Source: Auanema rhodensis
Lineage: Eukaryota; Animalia; Nematoda
DNA length: 64,000 bases
Direction of reading: 5' to 3'
Assembly (NCBI GenBank): GCA_964057225.1
Contig: OZ059897.1
Location: 6,882,001 to 6,946,000, forward strand
Shown here: positions 14,801 through 27,399 of the stretch, in pieces
Layout of the letters: each line of letters opens with the position of its first letter
Numbering within the stretch: position 1 is the first letter of the stretch
Made by a program: the position numbers and the translations under genes
Notes under the pieces: generated by a model
The model's database searches: none
What the model was told of the DNA's origin: nothing
The model's input: only the letters and a program-made list of their open reading frames with translations

Positions 14801-15977
14801 GAAGTTTTAGCTTATTTCAGTTTTAAGTATTAGTGTATTGTATAAGAAGAGTGATGAAACGTTTACGTCAAACACCTCTTTTCAAAATCCAATTGACTTC
14901 TCGTTCTTGCTTCAACTTCCGAACATATGCCCTAAGGGGCTTTCAAATGGAAGTACTTCTTTGATTACTTGTAATACTGGGAGAAGGAAAATGAATAAGA
15001 ATGAAGTTAAAGTGAGAAAGGAAGCGGCTGGGGCGAAGAAGAGATGAAATCATTGTGTGGAAAGAAGATGGGATGGAAAAGGAAAATAGGACTTACATTG
15101 CATCAGAGAAGCACTTTCTCTCTGAACTATCAGCTAATAATGCTCTCAGAACTTTACCATTACGTACTCTATTTCAACTTCAAATTCTCTTTTTCAGAAT
15201 TTTCTCTCTTTATTTACTTTTCATTTTTGAATTTTTTATTAAAATTTTCTGTTATCGAAATAACTGGCGAAGACGAGACATAGACATACACGTCTACAAA
15301 CGGCTCTGGTCTTTGTTCCATAAAATCCCATAGAATAAATCAGCTTTTCCATTTGAACTTTTTTATATTCAAAATGATCAGTAAACACATCATTTGGAAT
15401 AGTTTGGACATGTATTTCCTACTTGAAACTATTTTAAGAATAAATATTTATTCTAAATTATGCTTAACATGCTCATCATGCTTATCATAACTTTGCAGCT
15501 TTATCCAAAAGCATTGGTTGTTCTATAGCTTGAAATCTAGTTTGAGTAAAACATTCATTTACAGTGTTTTTACTTTTTTTCCTTTTTTTTGCAACAATTT
15601 TCCGTGAAATGATAAATGATTCCGGTTAGTCAGAGAAGCAATACTTCAACTAAAACATGGCGTGTCATGTTGTTAAATAAGTTACAGAGTAAAGGAGAGA
15701 GAGAGAGAGAGAGAGAGAGATAAGGCCATTTTCAAGTTTCAAAATATGAGTTAAGTTCTTTTTTTCTTTTTTGTCTTCCGCAAAGTATAATTTGAACAGA
15801 ACGTTGAATATATCTTGCTATCCACAATCTTCATGAGCAAGAACTACTCGTGGTACTGCTTCTGGTGCATTTAAGCATTTAAATCCGATCGAAGCTTTGT
15901 CCAGAAAGCAGTCAGGCGACTAATTTCTAAGCTTTTTCAAGATTCAGTCAAAACCCGGAATCAAGCTCTCCATATCG

Positions 15978-15979
<2 letters not shown>

Positions 15980-16034
<55 letters not shown>
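15980..16034. repeat. (CT)n microsatellite
   Basis: Directly visible. Confidence 0.95.
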
Positions 16035-16036
<2 letters not shown>

Positions 16037-16619
16037 ACTTCAAAATATCTGAACTCTCCTTTTCTAGTTTCACCTCTCATCCTTATATTATTCTTTTTCA
16101 TTCTATTTTTTCCACTTAAATATCTTTCTCTGCAACATCATCATGTTCTATCTCTTCACATACATGTCTTGCATTTCAAATGTGCTTACATTTACCATTA
16201 TAACTATAACGATATAACATAACAGAATACTAAAAGTTCTTTTAGTTATTGAACCTCAAGATTTTGGAATAGTTATATAGCTGTTTTCCAGATTCAATAA
16301 CAAAAATTTTATTCTTATGTTAACTATATCATATATCATAAAATTTCAAATATGTATTTACCAATCAGCACAGTTCTCCTCCAACTTGGTTGAAGCTCTT
16401 ATTCATATCGCGAAAAATTTTCTGAATCTCAGCTTCATTCTACATACGTTTAGCAAAAAAAATGCATTTTTTTGTTTTATTCAATAGAATCTTGAAGTAT
16501 CTAATTCAATATATTGTCCGTTTTATTAACTTTGAATTAATAAAAACCTTTTCAGCCTTCTTTTTTCTTTTATCTTCTACTCTATGTATATCCCCCCTTC
16601 CCTTACTACAACCCTTATC

Positions 16620-16653
<34 letters not shown>

Positions 16654-16945
16654 CCTCTCTCCCTCTCTCCCTCTCGCTTCTTCACGCAATCTATCAAAAT
16701 CGTCTATTCTTTCCCAGTCTGATTATTCTCAGATGTAATTTCGTATTCGTTTTCGTTTTCGTCTCTTTTTTTTTGGCGGCGTCAAGTCAAATTTTTGCAA
16801 ATGTACTTGTTCATCCAGAGAAATAGCCAACATATTTATCAAAATTTATGCCCAAAACTATTGAATAGAGCTGATACATATGCATATTCTTGTTGATTTT
16901 ATTCTTTTTGTATTTTAATTTTCATATAAACAATAATTTTCAGTC

Positions 16946-18142
16946 ATGAGAGAGTGCATGGAACTTGTTGCGAATGGTACGAATTGCGAGAATGATCTTC
17001 CAAGCAAAAGCTTAACGAGGCAATACACGAATGGTAAGATTTTTCTTTTTTTTTTACTTTTCTTCTTCTTTACTCTCAGTCTGTTCTTGTTCGAATATGA
17101 ATTTTGAAATAAAAATCAGACAAATTCTGTGATACGTCTATGATTTGACGAAATTCGCTTATTCTTCGATAAAATGTCAATTTTTCTATGTTGACGGTGA
17201 AAAGAAGAGCAATGGAGGGCAAATACTTAAGTAACTTAGCTTAATTCAATTTTTCTCAAATTTTTCTTTATTTCCCTAAGTTTTAAAAGAAAAAAAGAAG
17301 TCGTAGACGAAGAAGTTTGTATTTTTCTCTAGCCAATCCAATCCTACGAATCTTCCGGATAGTAATTAAAGAATCAATAAAGTTTTTGTCTGCTCAGCCT
17401 TGTTGTAACTCATTTTCTTCAAAAACCTTCTTCCTACTTAGTATGGCTATATCTCATTTCTATGTATCTGAACACCTTCTCTTAACCTTTTTCTTTTCTT
17501 TTCTTTTTCTAAATTCATGAACGTATATCTATTTCCCCTTTTTAGTTGCAATTTCTTTCCAAGACTAACTCTTATATAACATGTAACTATAGCAAAGTCA
17601 ATAGTATGCTTCGATTAGACGAAGGTTTTGCCTTAATACACTCATTCAACTTTTCTTATTTTTCTTTCTAACATGGATTATTAAACAAAAGTTTTTTCAA
17701 ATTTTTTTCTTCAAATATTAACTATTTTCTTTTCTTTTTCTTCTTCTTCTCCAAAATAAATATTTAAATTCATGAAGATCATCATTGAATCAAATATATA
17801 TTTCTTTTTCTTTCTTTTTTTTGGTATGTGACATGATGTACACATAACAACAAAATTCAATTGAAATTTCAAAGAAAATCACCAGCCAGCAATACGTCAC
17901 TAACGGAATTTGTTTTTGAACATCTCCCAATATCTATCTATCTATCTATCTATATATACACAAATTTTGTTTTCTATTACTATTTCCACGTGAAATACGT
18001 GAAAAGTGTCATTTTCATTTTATTTTACATATGTATCTCCAGTAGAACGGTTGTTTATACTCCTACTACCACTACTACTACGACTTCTACGACTACTGCT
18101 AACTACAACAATCACCTCCTATCTTTTCATAATTTCCTTTTT

Positions 18143-18175
<33 letters not shown>

Positions 18176-18507
18176 AAATATATATTTATATATAATTAAG
18201 ATAATTTTTAAATTATTCGTTATAATTTAATTTTTTATTTAATTTCTATTATTATTATGTTAGCTGACAGAGAAAAGACTAATCTTAACTATATATATTA
18301 TTCATAATATTAATATATAATCAATATTTCTTATTATTTTGGAAATTATTTGAGGTCGTTAACTATTTAATAGCAAAAATATTATACAATTTATTTATTT
18401 TTTTAACTTCTCACTCAGATATTTCCTTCATATTTCCGTTTGTTGAAGCTTTGTTGTCGGATAGAAGTACAAGACGTATGGACATATACATAAGCATACA
18501 TATGTAG

Positions 18508-18582
<75 letters not shown>

Positions 18583-18988
18583 CCACGTGCATTAAAAGGT
18601 TTTTCCCTTTTAAAGTTCTATTTCTAACTTTTCCTCGATACTTCTTTGTCACGAAGTTTGTCAATCATTCTTCTTCTTAATGTTAATACTTTTATTGAAA
18701 ATTCTATTTCTAATTTTCTTATACTCTTCTGCTGCTTTACTTTTCTTGTATCATAATATCATTTCAAAAATAGAATTTTTTTTCATTTATTTAATATTAT
18801 TATCTTCAAAAACAGGAAGAAGAAATTTAAATTTGTCATTTTTCTATATAGATTATCCTAATATTTTTTTTAATATTCAATGATTATATGGATTTCATAG
18901 TTTAAATCTTGAAAAACTGTTTGATAGTTATTGAACAAGAAAGGAAATGAGAGAGAGGGAGAGGGAGAGAGAGAGGGAGAGAGAGAGG

Positions 18989-19020
<32 letters not shown>

Positions 19021-21737
19021 TTTAAAATGGAAAATTATGAATATTGCATGTTACGTAGAGGCCAAAGATATATTATATCAAAGTAAATATCATCAATTGT
19101 TGTCTCAACAGTGTCATTCACTTCATATTCAGCTGAATGATTTGCTTTTTTTCTGTTATCTTCAAGCAATAAACTGCTGAATGCAAAATATCATCAACCT
19201 CAAGATCTTGTAAAAAATGTCATTTTTTTCCTTTTATTGCTGTCATTCACTTGTTTCTAAAATAAACTCGAAAATGGCTGTTTGACATGTGTTCGGACAC
19301 CCAATGGTGAGCATGTTATTCAGATTTCACGACTGCCACCGCTTGCTCGCTAAGACAATACTTTTCTTTTCTTCAATTTCACAGCAAAAAAACTTTTTTC
19401 TTTTCAAACTTTTTGTGTTATTTGACAATTTTTTTCTCTCAGCACGTTCATCTCACTTTTCAAAATATTTAGCCTCAAATATATTTTTTCTCTTCGATTA
19501 GCATGTCTCTTGAGAACTCAGCTGATATTGAAACGAAGAGTAGCTTCATAAAACCTTCTTAAATAAACTTAAATCTTCAAGTTTGTCGTTTCCATAATTT
19601 TATAAGCTGAAAGCTATTTTCTGAATATCATTTTTCCAAAATTTTCCATTTTTTCCGTCAACTATTCTTGCCGAAGGAACTGCCACCACTACTACTACTA
19701 CTACTACTGCTGCTGCTGCTACTACTGCTGCTGCTACTACTGCTTTGCTTCAATTATTGCTGTTGCTGCTGCAAGTGCTGCAACTCTTTCTGCTTTTTCG
19801 CTACATTCATCTTCATTATCTGCTTTTCGAAATCTTTTTTTCTTTTTGATTATATTTTCATTGAAATATTCAATTTGCTTATTACTATTTCGTATGATTA
19901 GTTAGATTTCATAGAATCATGCACGTATTTGGAAAACGTTCCGTGACCGAAGATTTTCCACTGAAAAATCCCAATCTCATCTCAACTCCATTTAAAAGTA
20001 AGTAATAAGTAGAATGCAGAATAGATGAATAGAATGTTAAAATAAGAAATTGTTAAGAGAAAGGTGTATTATGAAGAAAGTTCATCAACAGATTCAGAAT
20101 AATAACTAACTGAATCACCTCAATTTCAAAGTAAATTCAATGAATTTTCGTTTATTTGACAATGATCATTGATAATTCAAATCAAAATCTTTTATTGACA
20201 TAGACGTAGTTATGTTGGAAAATACAAAATTTTAATTTCAAGAAGAACTAACAGCCACCTGCATGCTGCTTTCGCTCTCTTATTTCTCCTTAACTTCTTC
20301 GGCTAACCCTTCCTCCCTTTCTCTCTCTCCTTCTCTTTCTTTCTATCTCTCTCTTTCTCTCTGTCCCTCTTTTTGCTCTCTCTCCCTCTATCAGTTTTTC
20401 TTGTACTTTTCTTTTTTCTCTTTCTTCTTCTTCTTCTTCTTCAAACTCTTCTCTTCATCTTATACTCTGTGTGAAAGCCATGAGGCAGATGGCGTTGCGT
20501 GGAAACATGTGTCACATCTTTGGACTTCCTTCTCTAAAGATATCACTAGATGAACGAAGACATTCTCCCCTTTGCAAGACTCATACACTAGATGATATCG
20601 TTTTGATTTTTCCAACAACATTCAACGTTTCTTATCTAACCTTACAGCATACTAACAGCTTATTTTGATGACCAAAAAAGGTGTTAAACATGCTGTAAGA
20701 ATTTCTTTATTCTCTACAATATTTCAGCTTTTATATGACATATAATTAACAATAAACTATTGTATAAATCTAAATTCATTCAGTATATCTTACCTTTTCA
20801 TTCATTTCACGCATATTTAACCAATCAAATAACAAACTTCACACATTTTGTCAGTACTTTCAATGAAATTCTTGAACACATGTCATCACATTAACTGCAA
20901 TGAATCAATCAATTTTGCTGATGTTCCTTTACCTCAACTATTTGAACTCAAAATCCTCATTTGACAGCACTGAAGAACATCTCTGTTAACGTAGGTTAAC
21001 AGAGGAAGAGAGAAAGAGATATATAGAGAGAGAGAGAAAGAGAAAAAGTTTTGCATGTTATTCTTCAATTTCCTAAGGCAATATAGTCGATTGAATTAAT
21101 CTTTTTAAGTGACAGAGTATCATCTTCTTTGACGTCTTCATGCTCGTCATCCTCTCATTTCTTCTGCTAAACATCAAACATTCTAACATTTTTTTACTTT
21201 TTAAACTTAATTATCCAATGTATTTTCACTTCAAAAATCTATATTTAAACTTTTTTTTTTCTTTCTTTTTTCCTTTTTTTCTTTCAACTCAACAAATTAA
21301 AATAAATTTTCAAGTTGGTCATCAACTTCTTTCTGGACAGCGCCTACTAGATCCAGTCTTTTCGGCTAAAACTTTTTCTTTTTTTGCTATTTATATCGAG
21401 AAAACTAAAACTTTTCATAATGCCAGGTAGAAAAGGTTCAAGTTAGTACATCCTGTTATACTTCTGCAGCTTACTGACTTTCATTGTTTTTCTTTCAGAA
21501 ATTGTGATGGGAACGGATGAAGATCCATTCAATAAGCCAGAACTTGTTCATACTCTAAAGGTTAGTTAACTAAACATATAGTTAATGAATATAAACAATA
21601 TAATTAATCTCCTGTTTCAGGGAAGAGAATTATGTTTATTTGTCATATTCTATGCTTTTGCTGTATGTCTGATTGTTCTGATGTTTGAATTTATGAAGCC
21701 AGTTCTATTTAATCCAAACTATCCAGATAACGAATGA
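16946..21737 (+). CDS. single-pass membrane microprotein (61-88 aa) with candidate alternative first exons
   Basis: Core exons 21499-21560 and 21621-21737 (TTTCAG acceptors, GTTAGT donor) encode (E)IVMGTDEDPFNKPELVHTLKGRELCLFVIFYAFAVCLIVLMFEFMKPVLFNPNYPDNE*. Phase-1 first-exon candidates: 16946-17033, 19919-19997 and 21420-21426. Confidence 0.7.
18512..18578. repeat. (GA)n microsatellite
   Basis: Directly visible. Confidence 0.95.
19683..19745. repeat. compound (CTA)n/(CTG)n trinucleotide repeat
   Basis: Directly visible. It explains the poly-Leu ORF 19668-19901. Confidence 0.9.
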
Positions 21738-22023
21738 TCTAATCAATTCTTTCATTATATATTATATTATTATTATTATGTTTTATTAACTATTAGTAGA
21801 ATAAGTTAACTATATGCATGTTACAATCCAACATATCTATTCATATATTGGATTTTGATATCCCGAACAATAAGATTTCTATTTTACGGGTATAAACTGT
21901 ACCTCTGGGGCTTCAACAAACGATTTCGTTAAACTGTATTTTTCCATATTCCTATTGTACTATTTCATATATGATTATAAAGCATTTTTATTAAAAATTA
22001 TTAAAATTATTTTACAAAGTTGG

Positions 22024-22477
22024 TTAAGTATATCTTTCTAAAAATTTCATAATTTTATTGTAATTCTCCTGCTTATCCATGTGCCGAATTAATGCTGCAA
22101 CATCTCGTCTGGGCATCTGAAAAGAAGAAAAGTTTTATTACAAATCGAACTTTCATCCGGCAGCAAACTTACAGCATATGCAAAGTTGTCGTCATCAAAG
22201 AAGATATCGTTAACTGATTCAACACGCTCCAAAACTCTTGGCCATATTGGTCTTGAGAGGAAGAAAAAGAAAAAAGAATATGTATTCCACATCAGCAACT
22301 CATGATCACTTACTCGTCAGCCACATACCCAAGTGGACGTACAAGCTGCGGCACACGAGAATCAAATGTTGTTCTTACTTCCTGTTTATGCTTCAGATGT
22401 TCAAGCAGCTCTTCACGAGTTAGACAAGATACAATGTGAAAAATACAGAAAAGAATGATGAACGAGAAGAACTTCAT
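22024..22477 (-). CDS. small secreted protein, 111 aa, unknown function, 3 exons
   Basis: Exons 22477-22314, 22251-22173, 22116-22024; both donors are GTAAGT and phases match: MKFFSFIILFCIFHIVSCLTREELLEHLKHKQEVRTTFDSRVPQLVRPLGYVADEPIWPRVLERVESVNDIFFDDDNFAYAMPRRDVAALIRHMDKQENYNKIMKFLERYT*. Has an N-terminal signal peptide and a tttag acceptor just before the ATG. Confidence 0.8.
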
Positions 22478-23053
22478 AATCTAAATAAATTATTTTTCAT
22501 TTTATTTTAGAAAAAAAAATAAATTATAAATAAATTTCATTTCATTCAGTTTTTGAATTGAAAGATATTGAGACATTCATTCGGCTGATTTGAAATGAAA
22601 ATGTTGTAAAAGGGGACACACACACAGTTGAAAGACTATGATTATCGCTTTCAAAAATAGTCGTAACTAATCTGGGAAAAGACAGAAAAGAGATTGTTGG
22701 ACAAAGCGTCAAAGAAATTGAAAGTTCAGGTTATCCAGGTGATAGAAAAGACATCATTTCTCTTTCAATAATATCATCTCGGGATTCGATTTTCTGTGTT
22801 TCTTATGTTCCAGATTCTCCGTACAAACGGGATGTAAAGGTAGGACTTTCATCAGCTTTCTGATGTCGTTCAACTGTTTGAATTTGACTGGAGCAATCTA
22901 TCCGATTTTGAACTTTCAAAGTCTATTCATTTAATGATCGTTCGTATCCGGCGCTTAGTTTATCTTTCAAATGTTCTTAATGTACTTAATATCATATTCA
23001 TACATATTTTAGACAATATTCATTTGACTATATCATATAATTAAGGAATATAT

Positions 23054-24237
23054 ATGATTACATATCTACTAATAGTATCTGTATTACCGTTGGTAATATG
23101 GGCCAGAGGTAGGATTCTTCTATTACTAGTTCATCTCAACAACATATTTTTTTCCCAAGAGATCTCATTCTCCTTACCTTTTGTTCGTTCGCTTCCAAAA
23201 ACTTCTTCCATTTCAGCTCCGTTCTTGAGAGATCGTCCACGTGGTTTGGGTCTGCTGCAGATTCCTACTGGTATGACTGATGAACGTTCTGGACCATATT
23301 TTCCTAATCTGTATATTGCTGGAGATAAGGTCGAATTTTTACATTTTCTTATTTCACTGATCAAATCACGAAAATAGAAATACTTTATAGGCTGGTGAAA
23401 AACCAATTTCAGTTCCCGACGTGCACTTGCCCGGTCAAAAAGCCGATTTTTCAGGAAGGTATTAATAGAAATTTTATTTATTTTATTTCACAAATATACA
23501 ATATATTTATAAAAATTTTCATAAACATACATGTATTCAATGATTTTTGGCAATATATGATTTCATATCTGCCTTCAATCCATTTACCCAAGCTGTAGCT
23601 GCTACATTCAATGAAGATCTTGTCGATTCATGGGGAGCTGGATTTGCTGTAAACGTATGCCTACTTCCAACATTATTATATTAATTATATAATTAATTAT
23701 AAAGGGAGTTAATAACTATAATTTACAAGTTCGTAAAAATTTTGATCAATTTGCTGATGCTGCATTGGATAGAAATGATGGAATGTATCAACCATTTTTA
23801 ACATCATTTGTTGTTGGATCTGAATATGATATGAGTAAAATTAAGGAAGTTTCAGGCATGTTTACAGTCACAACTTAAGTTTTATACTTTTATTTAAGGA
23901 CATTTGGATTTACCAGTACCTGGTGTCAATGAGCTTTTCGATTTTGATGGTCGATGGATGATGAAAGGTATTGATTAAATTATAAATTATAATCACATAG
24001 CTAATCCTATATACAGGTAACGGTAATGGTATTGTAAACAGTGCTATGGAATTCCCATTAACTCTGTCGGATCCTAATGAAAGAGCTCCATACACATTCA
24101 AATATCTTAATTTCATGGCTGATCGTCATATGCAATATGGACATGTTGTACCAAATGTTAACTTATTCCTTGTTGGTAAAGATAAGATTATGGAACGTCT
24201 TACCCAAAATAAGTTAAATCCAACAATGATTGGATAA
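23054..24237 (+). CDS. secreted protein of unknown function, 7 exons, probably a nematode-specific family
   Basis: Signal peptide MITYLLIVSVLPLVIWA. Spliced ORF ...RPRGLGLLQIPTGMTDERSGPYFPNLYIAGDKAGEKPISVPDVHLPGQKADFSGRSAFNPFTQAVAATFNEDLVDSWGAGFAVNGVNNYNLQVRKNFDQFADAALDRNDGMYQPFLTSFVVGSEYDMSKIKEVSGHLDLPVPGVNELFDFDGRWMMKGNGNGIVNSAMEFPLTLSDPNERAPYTFKYLNFMADRHMQYGHVVPNVNLFLVGKDKIMERLTQNKLNPTMIG*. Needs two non-standard introns (see findings). Confidence 0.85.
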
Positions 24238-24676
24238 AAAGAATGAATATTTATATAATATTATAATAAATAATAATAAATAATAATAACTATAATAATA
24301 GTTTATTTATTGTATTTCTTTTTTTAAATATTTCAATAAATTATTGATTTTCTCTTAAAACTTCTTTTAAATTCATTCCATTCTAATTCTTTTAAATGCA
24401 CATATCAACTATATTCTAATTAAGCTACACGTTTTGAATTCACGTGAAAAACGTGAAAGATATTAACCAACATGTAGACGTATGAAGCGGTTGAACATGA
24501 AAAAAATTTAACATTGTTACTTAATTTCCGGTATTTCATTAATATTTTTTTCAAAAAAAAAAAAAGTATTTCTTATAACAAAAAATTTATAATTGATTGA
24601 GTAAACTACAAAATTTCATTAAACTATTGTATAATTATAATAGAAATTCACTCAAAACCCATAGTACATACGAATT

Positions 24677-24793
24677 GGAATTAAAACAATAATTTTCTGA
24701 AAGGTTAGTAGTTTGTCTTATACAGTAATCTTCTACTTATGTAGAATAAAGACTTTATTTTTGGAGAGCTTGTCCGGGGTTAACCGGATGAGC
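24677..24793 (+). ncRNA. SL2-type spliced-leader RNA gene (alternative: SmY-like Sm RNA)
   Basis: AAG|GTTAGT donor at 24703/24704 lies inside a hairpin. Second hairpin TTCTAC-TTAT-GTAGAA, closed by GTCTT/AAGAC. Sm site ACTTTATTTTTGGA at about 24752-24765. Terminal 10-bp stem GCTTGTCCGG-GGTTAA-CCGGATGAGC carrying the GGGGTTA loop sequence I recall from rhabditid SL2 stem III. Confidence 0.65.
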
Positions 24794-25782
24794 AAAAAGA
24801 ACAAAGAAAACTATGTGTATAGTAGTATATTAATATATATTACTTGCATATTTTAAAGTTAGAAGAAAGTTTTAAATATAAAAAAAAGAAGGAAAAACGT
24901 TATAAAACTTTCATTCAAAACATTAATTATACTAATCAGTACTAATAGTATACTTAGCTTTTTTTTCAAGATTTAAACTAAATTATATTAATTATGTTAT
25001 TATTAATAAATTTATTTCTTATTTCCTGTTATAATATATAATTAATTATATACTATATATAAATTACCTTATAAATCTTTTCTATTTATCTATCAATTGT
25101 TGTTCATGTTTTATTATTTTATAATAAGCATGACGAATAGTTAAGCTGATAACAAGCATAACTGTTAAAGTTCATGTTCACAGTATTTATAACCTGAGGT
25201 GTTCACAATCTTGTGTTGTCGGCTTTCTGTTAAATCAAATTGACAGTTGCTAATTGCCGTCAAAGTACAAAACGATCCTGCTCAGAGGCTGCCGCCGATG
25301 TTAACAAGGGTGAACGGTTTGCCGTCAGCATTATGAACGGCGGCTTCTCTGAAGTGTATGAGCCTATCGGCTAATCAGATATCAGTCTAAACAGTCTCAT
25401 CCATCATATCAGACCATTTAAGAAGTTCTTTCTTCTAGCTGATATAATTACATTAACTATACGTATAATATAATTTTATTTATTTTTTCATATTTCATTC
25501 ATAACAGTCATTTCCATAATCTTTAATCTATTCAATCCATTGGCACACTTCAATCTCATAAATTCAAATATCATTTTTCTCTCATGTTATATAATAACTT
25601 CTAAACTTTTTCTAAATTATAGCATATAGTTAACAATATGTTTAAATTTTCTTTGTTTGTCTTCAACCTTCACACCTTTTTTCCAACTTTTTTGTCAGTT
25701 CGATAAGGTCATTTGTTATATTTCCTTATAATCTATGTAAATCTTATGAAATTCTTGTTATATTTTCATAAGTTTCTTATTC

Positions 25783-25899
25783 TCTCTATCTCTCTCTCTC
25801 TTTATATCTCTTTCTCTCTCTCTCTCTTTTTCTCTCACTCTCTCTCTCTTTATATCTCTTTCTCTCTCTCTCTCTCTTTCTCTCTCACTCTCTCTCTCC
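25783..25899. repeat. CT-rich tandem duplication (two copies of an approximately 48-bp unit, ctctttatatctctttctctctc...ctcact)
   Basis: Directly visible near-perfect duplicate inside a CT tract. Confidence 0.75.
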
Positions 25900-27399
25900 A
25901 TTTAATTTAAAAAAGATTTTATACAGTATATGTTAATCTCTGAGATGCATGTTGAGGACCCAGCTTTCATTTGCTATTGGCCACACATACCTGACAAGCC
26001 ATTTCTTTCTTTCTTTTTTCTTTTTTTTTCAACTTCTAATATAAATTTTTCTTGAATGAAGTCAAAGAAACAAGAAATCTTTATCCTTTTCACTAGTTAA
26101 CTTATGATTTCATTAATTCAATTTATACAACTTTCCCTTACATTTAACTTTATCTTCTTCTTCTTCAATTATCTTCTTATTTCACAAATTTTCTTTCATT
26201 TTGCAACTTCTAACAAACATTCTTCTCCTTTTTCTTATTTCTTTCACAGCATGCGGTATTGAGACTGAATTCTTTAATCACCTATCTCAATCTGCTCCGT
26301 ACTATGAGCTGTATCGGAAGTGTCAAACTTCTTGTCAAACTAATCCTTCGGGGCTTACACTCACTTGCCATCACAGTTTTGCCGACGTCTCACACCTTCT
26401 ATGGTAAAAGATATCTCGATTTGTTGTCAAGACATCTCTATCCACCTTCTAATTGCCGGTTACATATCTATCTCATTTTCTCTGCATCTATTCACTCAGG
26501 CATGTCATCGACCTGTTTCTCGCTTAGATGAAACAGTGCCGACCATAGCTGCCAACATCTTGTCGTTGAGCCTTCTTCTCCTCCCACTCCTCACCTTTCT
26601 TCTCCTCATCATGATCATCATGATTGTCTTCATAGTTATCCTTGTATTACCCTTCAACGAATTCTCTTTCCACAATCTCCGCCCATCCTCATCCTCCAAC
26701 TATCAGCTCATTAACTCCATTCTCGCAACTATCCTTGAGACGACATAGTTGACTTTCTAATCATTCTTCTATCATCACCATTAGCCTTCATACCATACCA
26801 ATTCACATTTCTTTGCACCTGCTTACTTCTGATTCCGACGTCGTTGTCGTCAACACATCGTAACTACCGCTCTACCGGTCGTACCGCCCACCCCTTTTCC
26901 ATCTTCCTCTTTCACACCTCTCGTTTCATGTACGCCATGTACAGTTGCTACGACTTGTTCAAGTATATCACCTAGAACTGCAACATTCTCCCCTCCCACT
27001 TCCCCCCGAAAATTTCTACATGTTTACCATCTTTCAGCTAATCAATTCATATTTTCTTATCAGTTTTGCTTACAACAATTCACTTCTCATTACTTCATAT
27101 TCTTGTTTATGCGGTCATTTTTCATTTGAACTTCTCTCTTTTTCATCCACAAATCAGTTTTTGTTCATCTAAATTGCTTAACTACCGTATCAATTTATAC
27201 ATTTGAATCATTTCAGAAGCATATTCTTGCTACTCTATAGATCGCTTTCCGATCAACACAATCTTTCAATTTCTTTCTTATTATCATACGACTTCTACAA
27301 GTAGGCGGAGCCAACGTCTCTTATTGGAAGACGATAATTTCAATTCTCCAATACACCAGTAGCTAAATCTTTGCATTTGAATAAATTTTTATCTGCAAA

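Noticed and set aside
15856-15912. Hairpin ACTGCTTCTGG...CCAGAAAGCAGT as a pre-miRNA
   Set aside because: Only about 11 bp pair well and the interior is poorly paired.
19668-19901. Poly-Leu/Cys ORF resembling a signal peptide
   Set aside because: Artefact of the CTA/CTG repeat, with a TTG start.
26201-26748. Overlapping 64-127 aa ORFs upstream of pax-3
   Set aside because: No consistent exon chain or domain. Better explained as pyrimidine-rich regulatory DNA.
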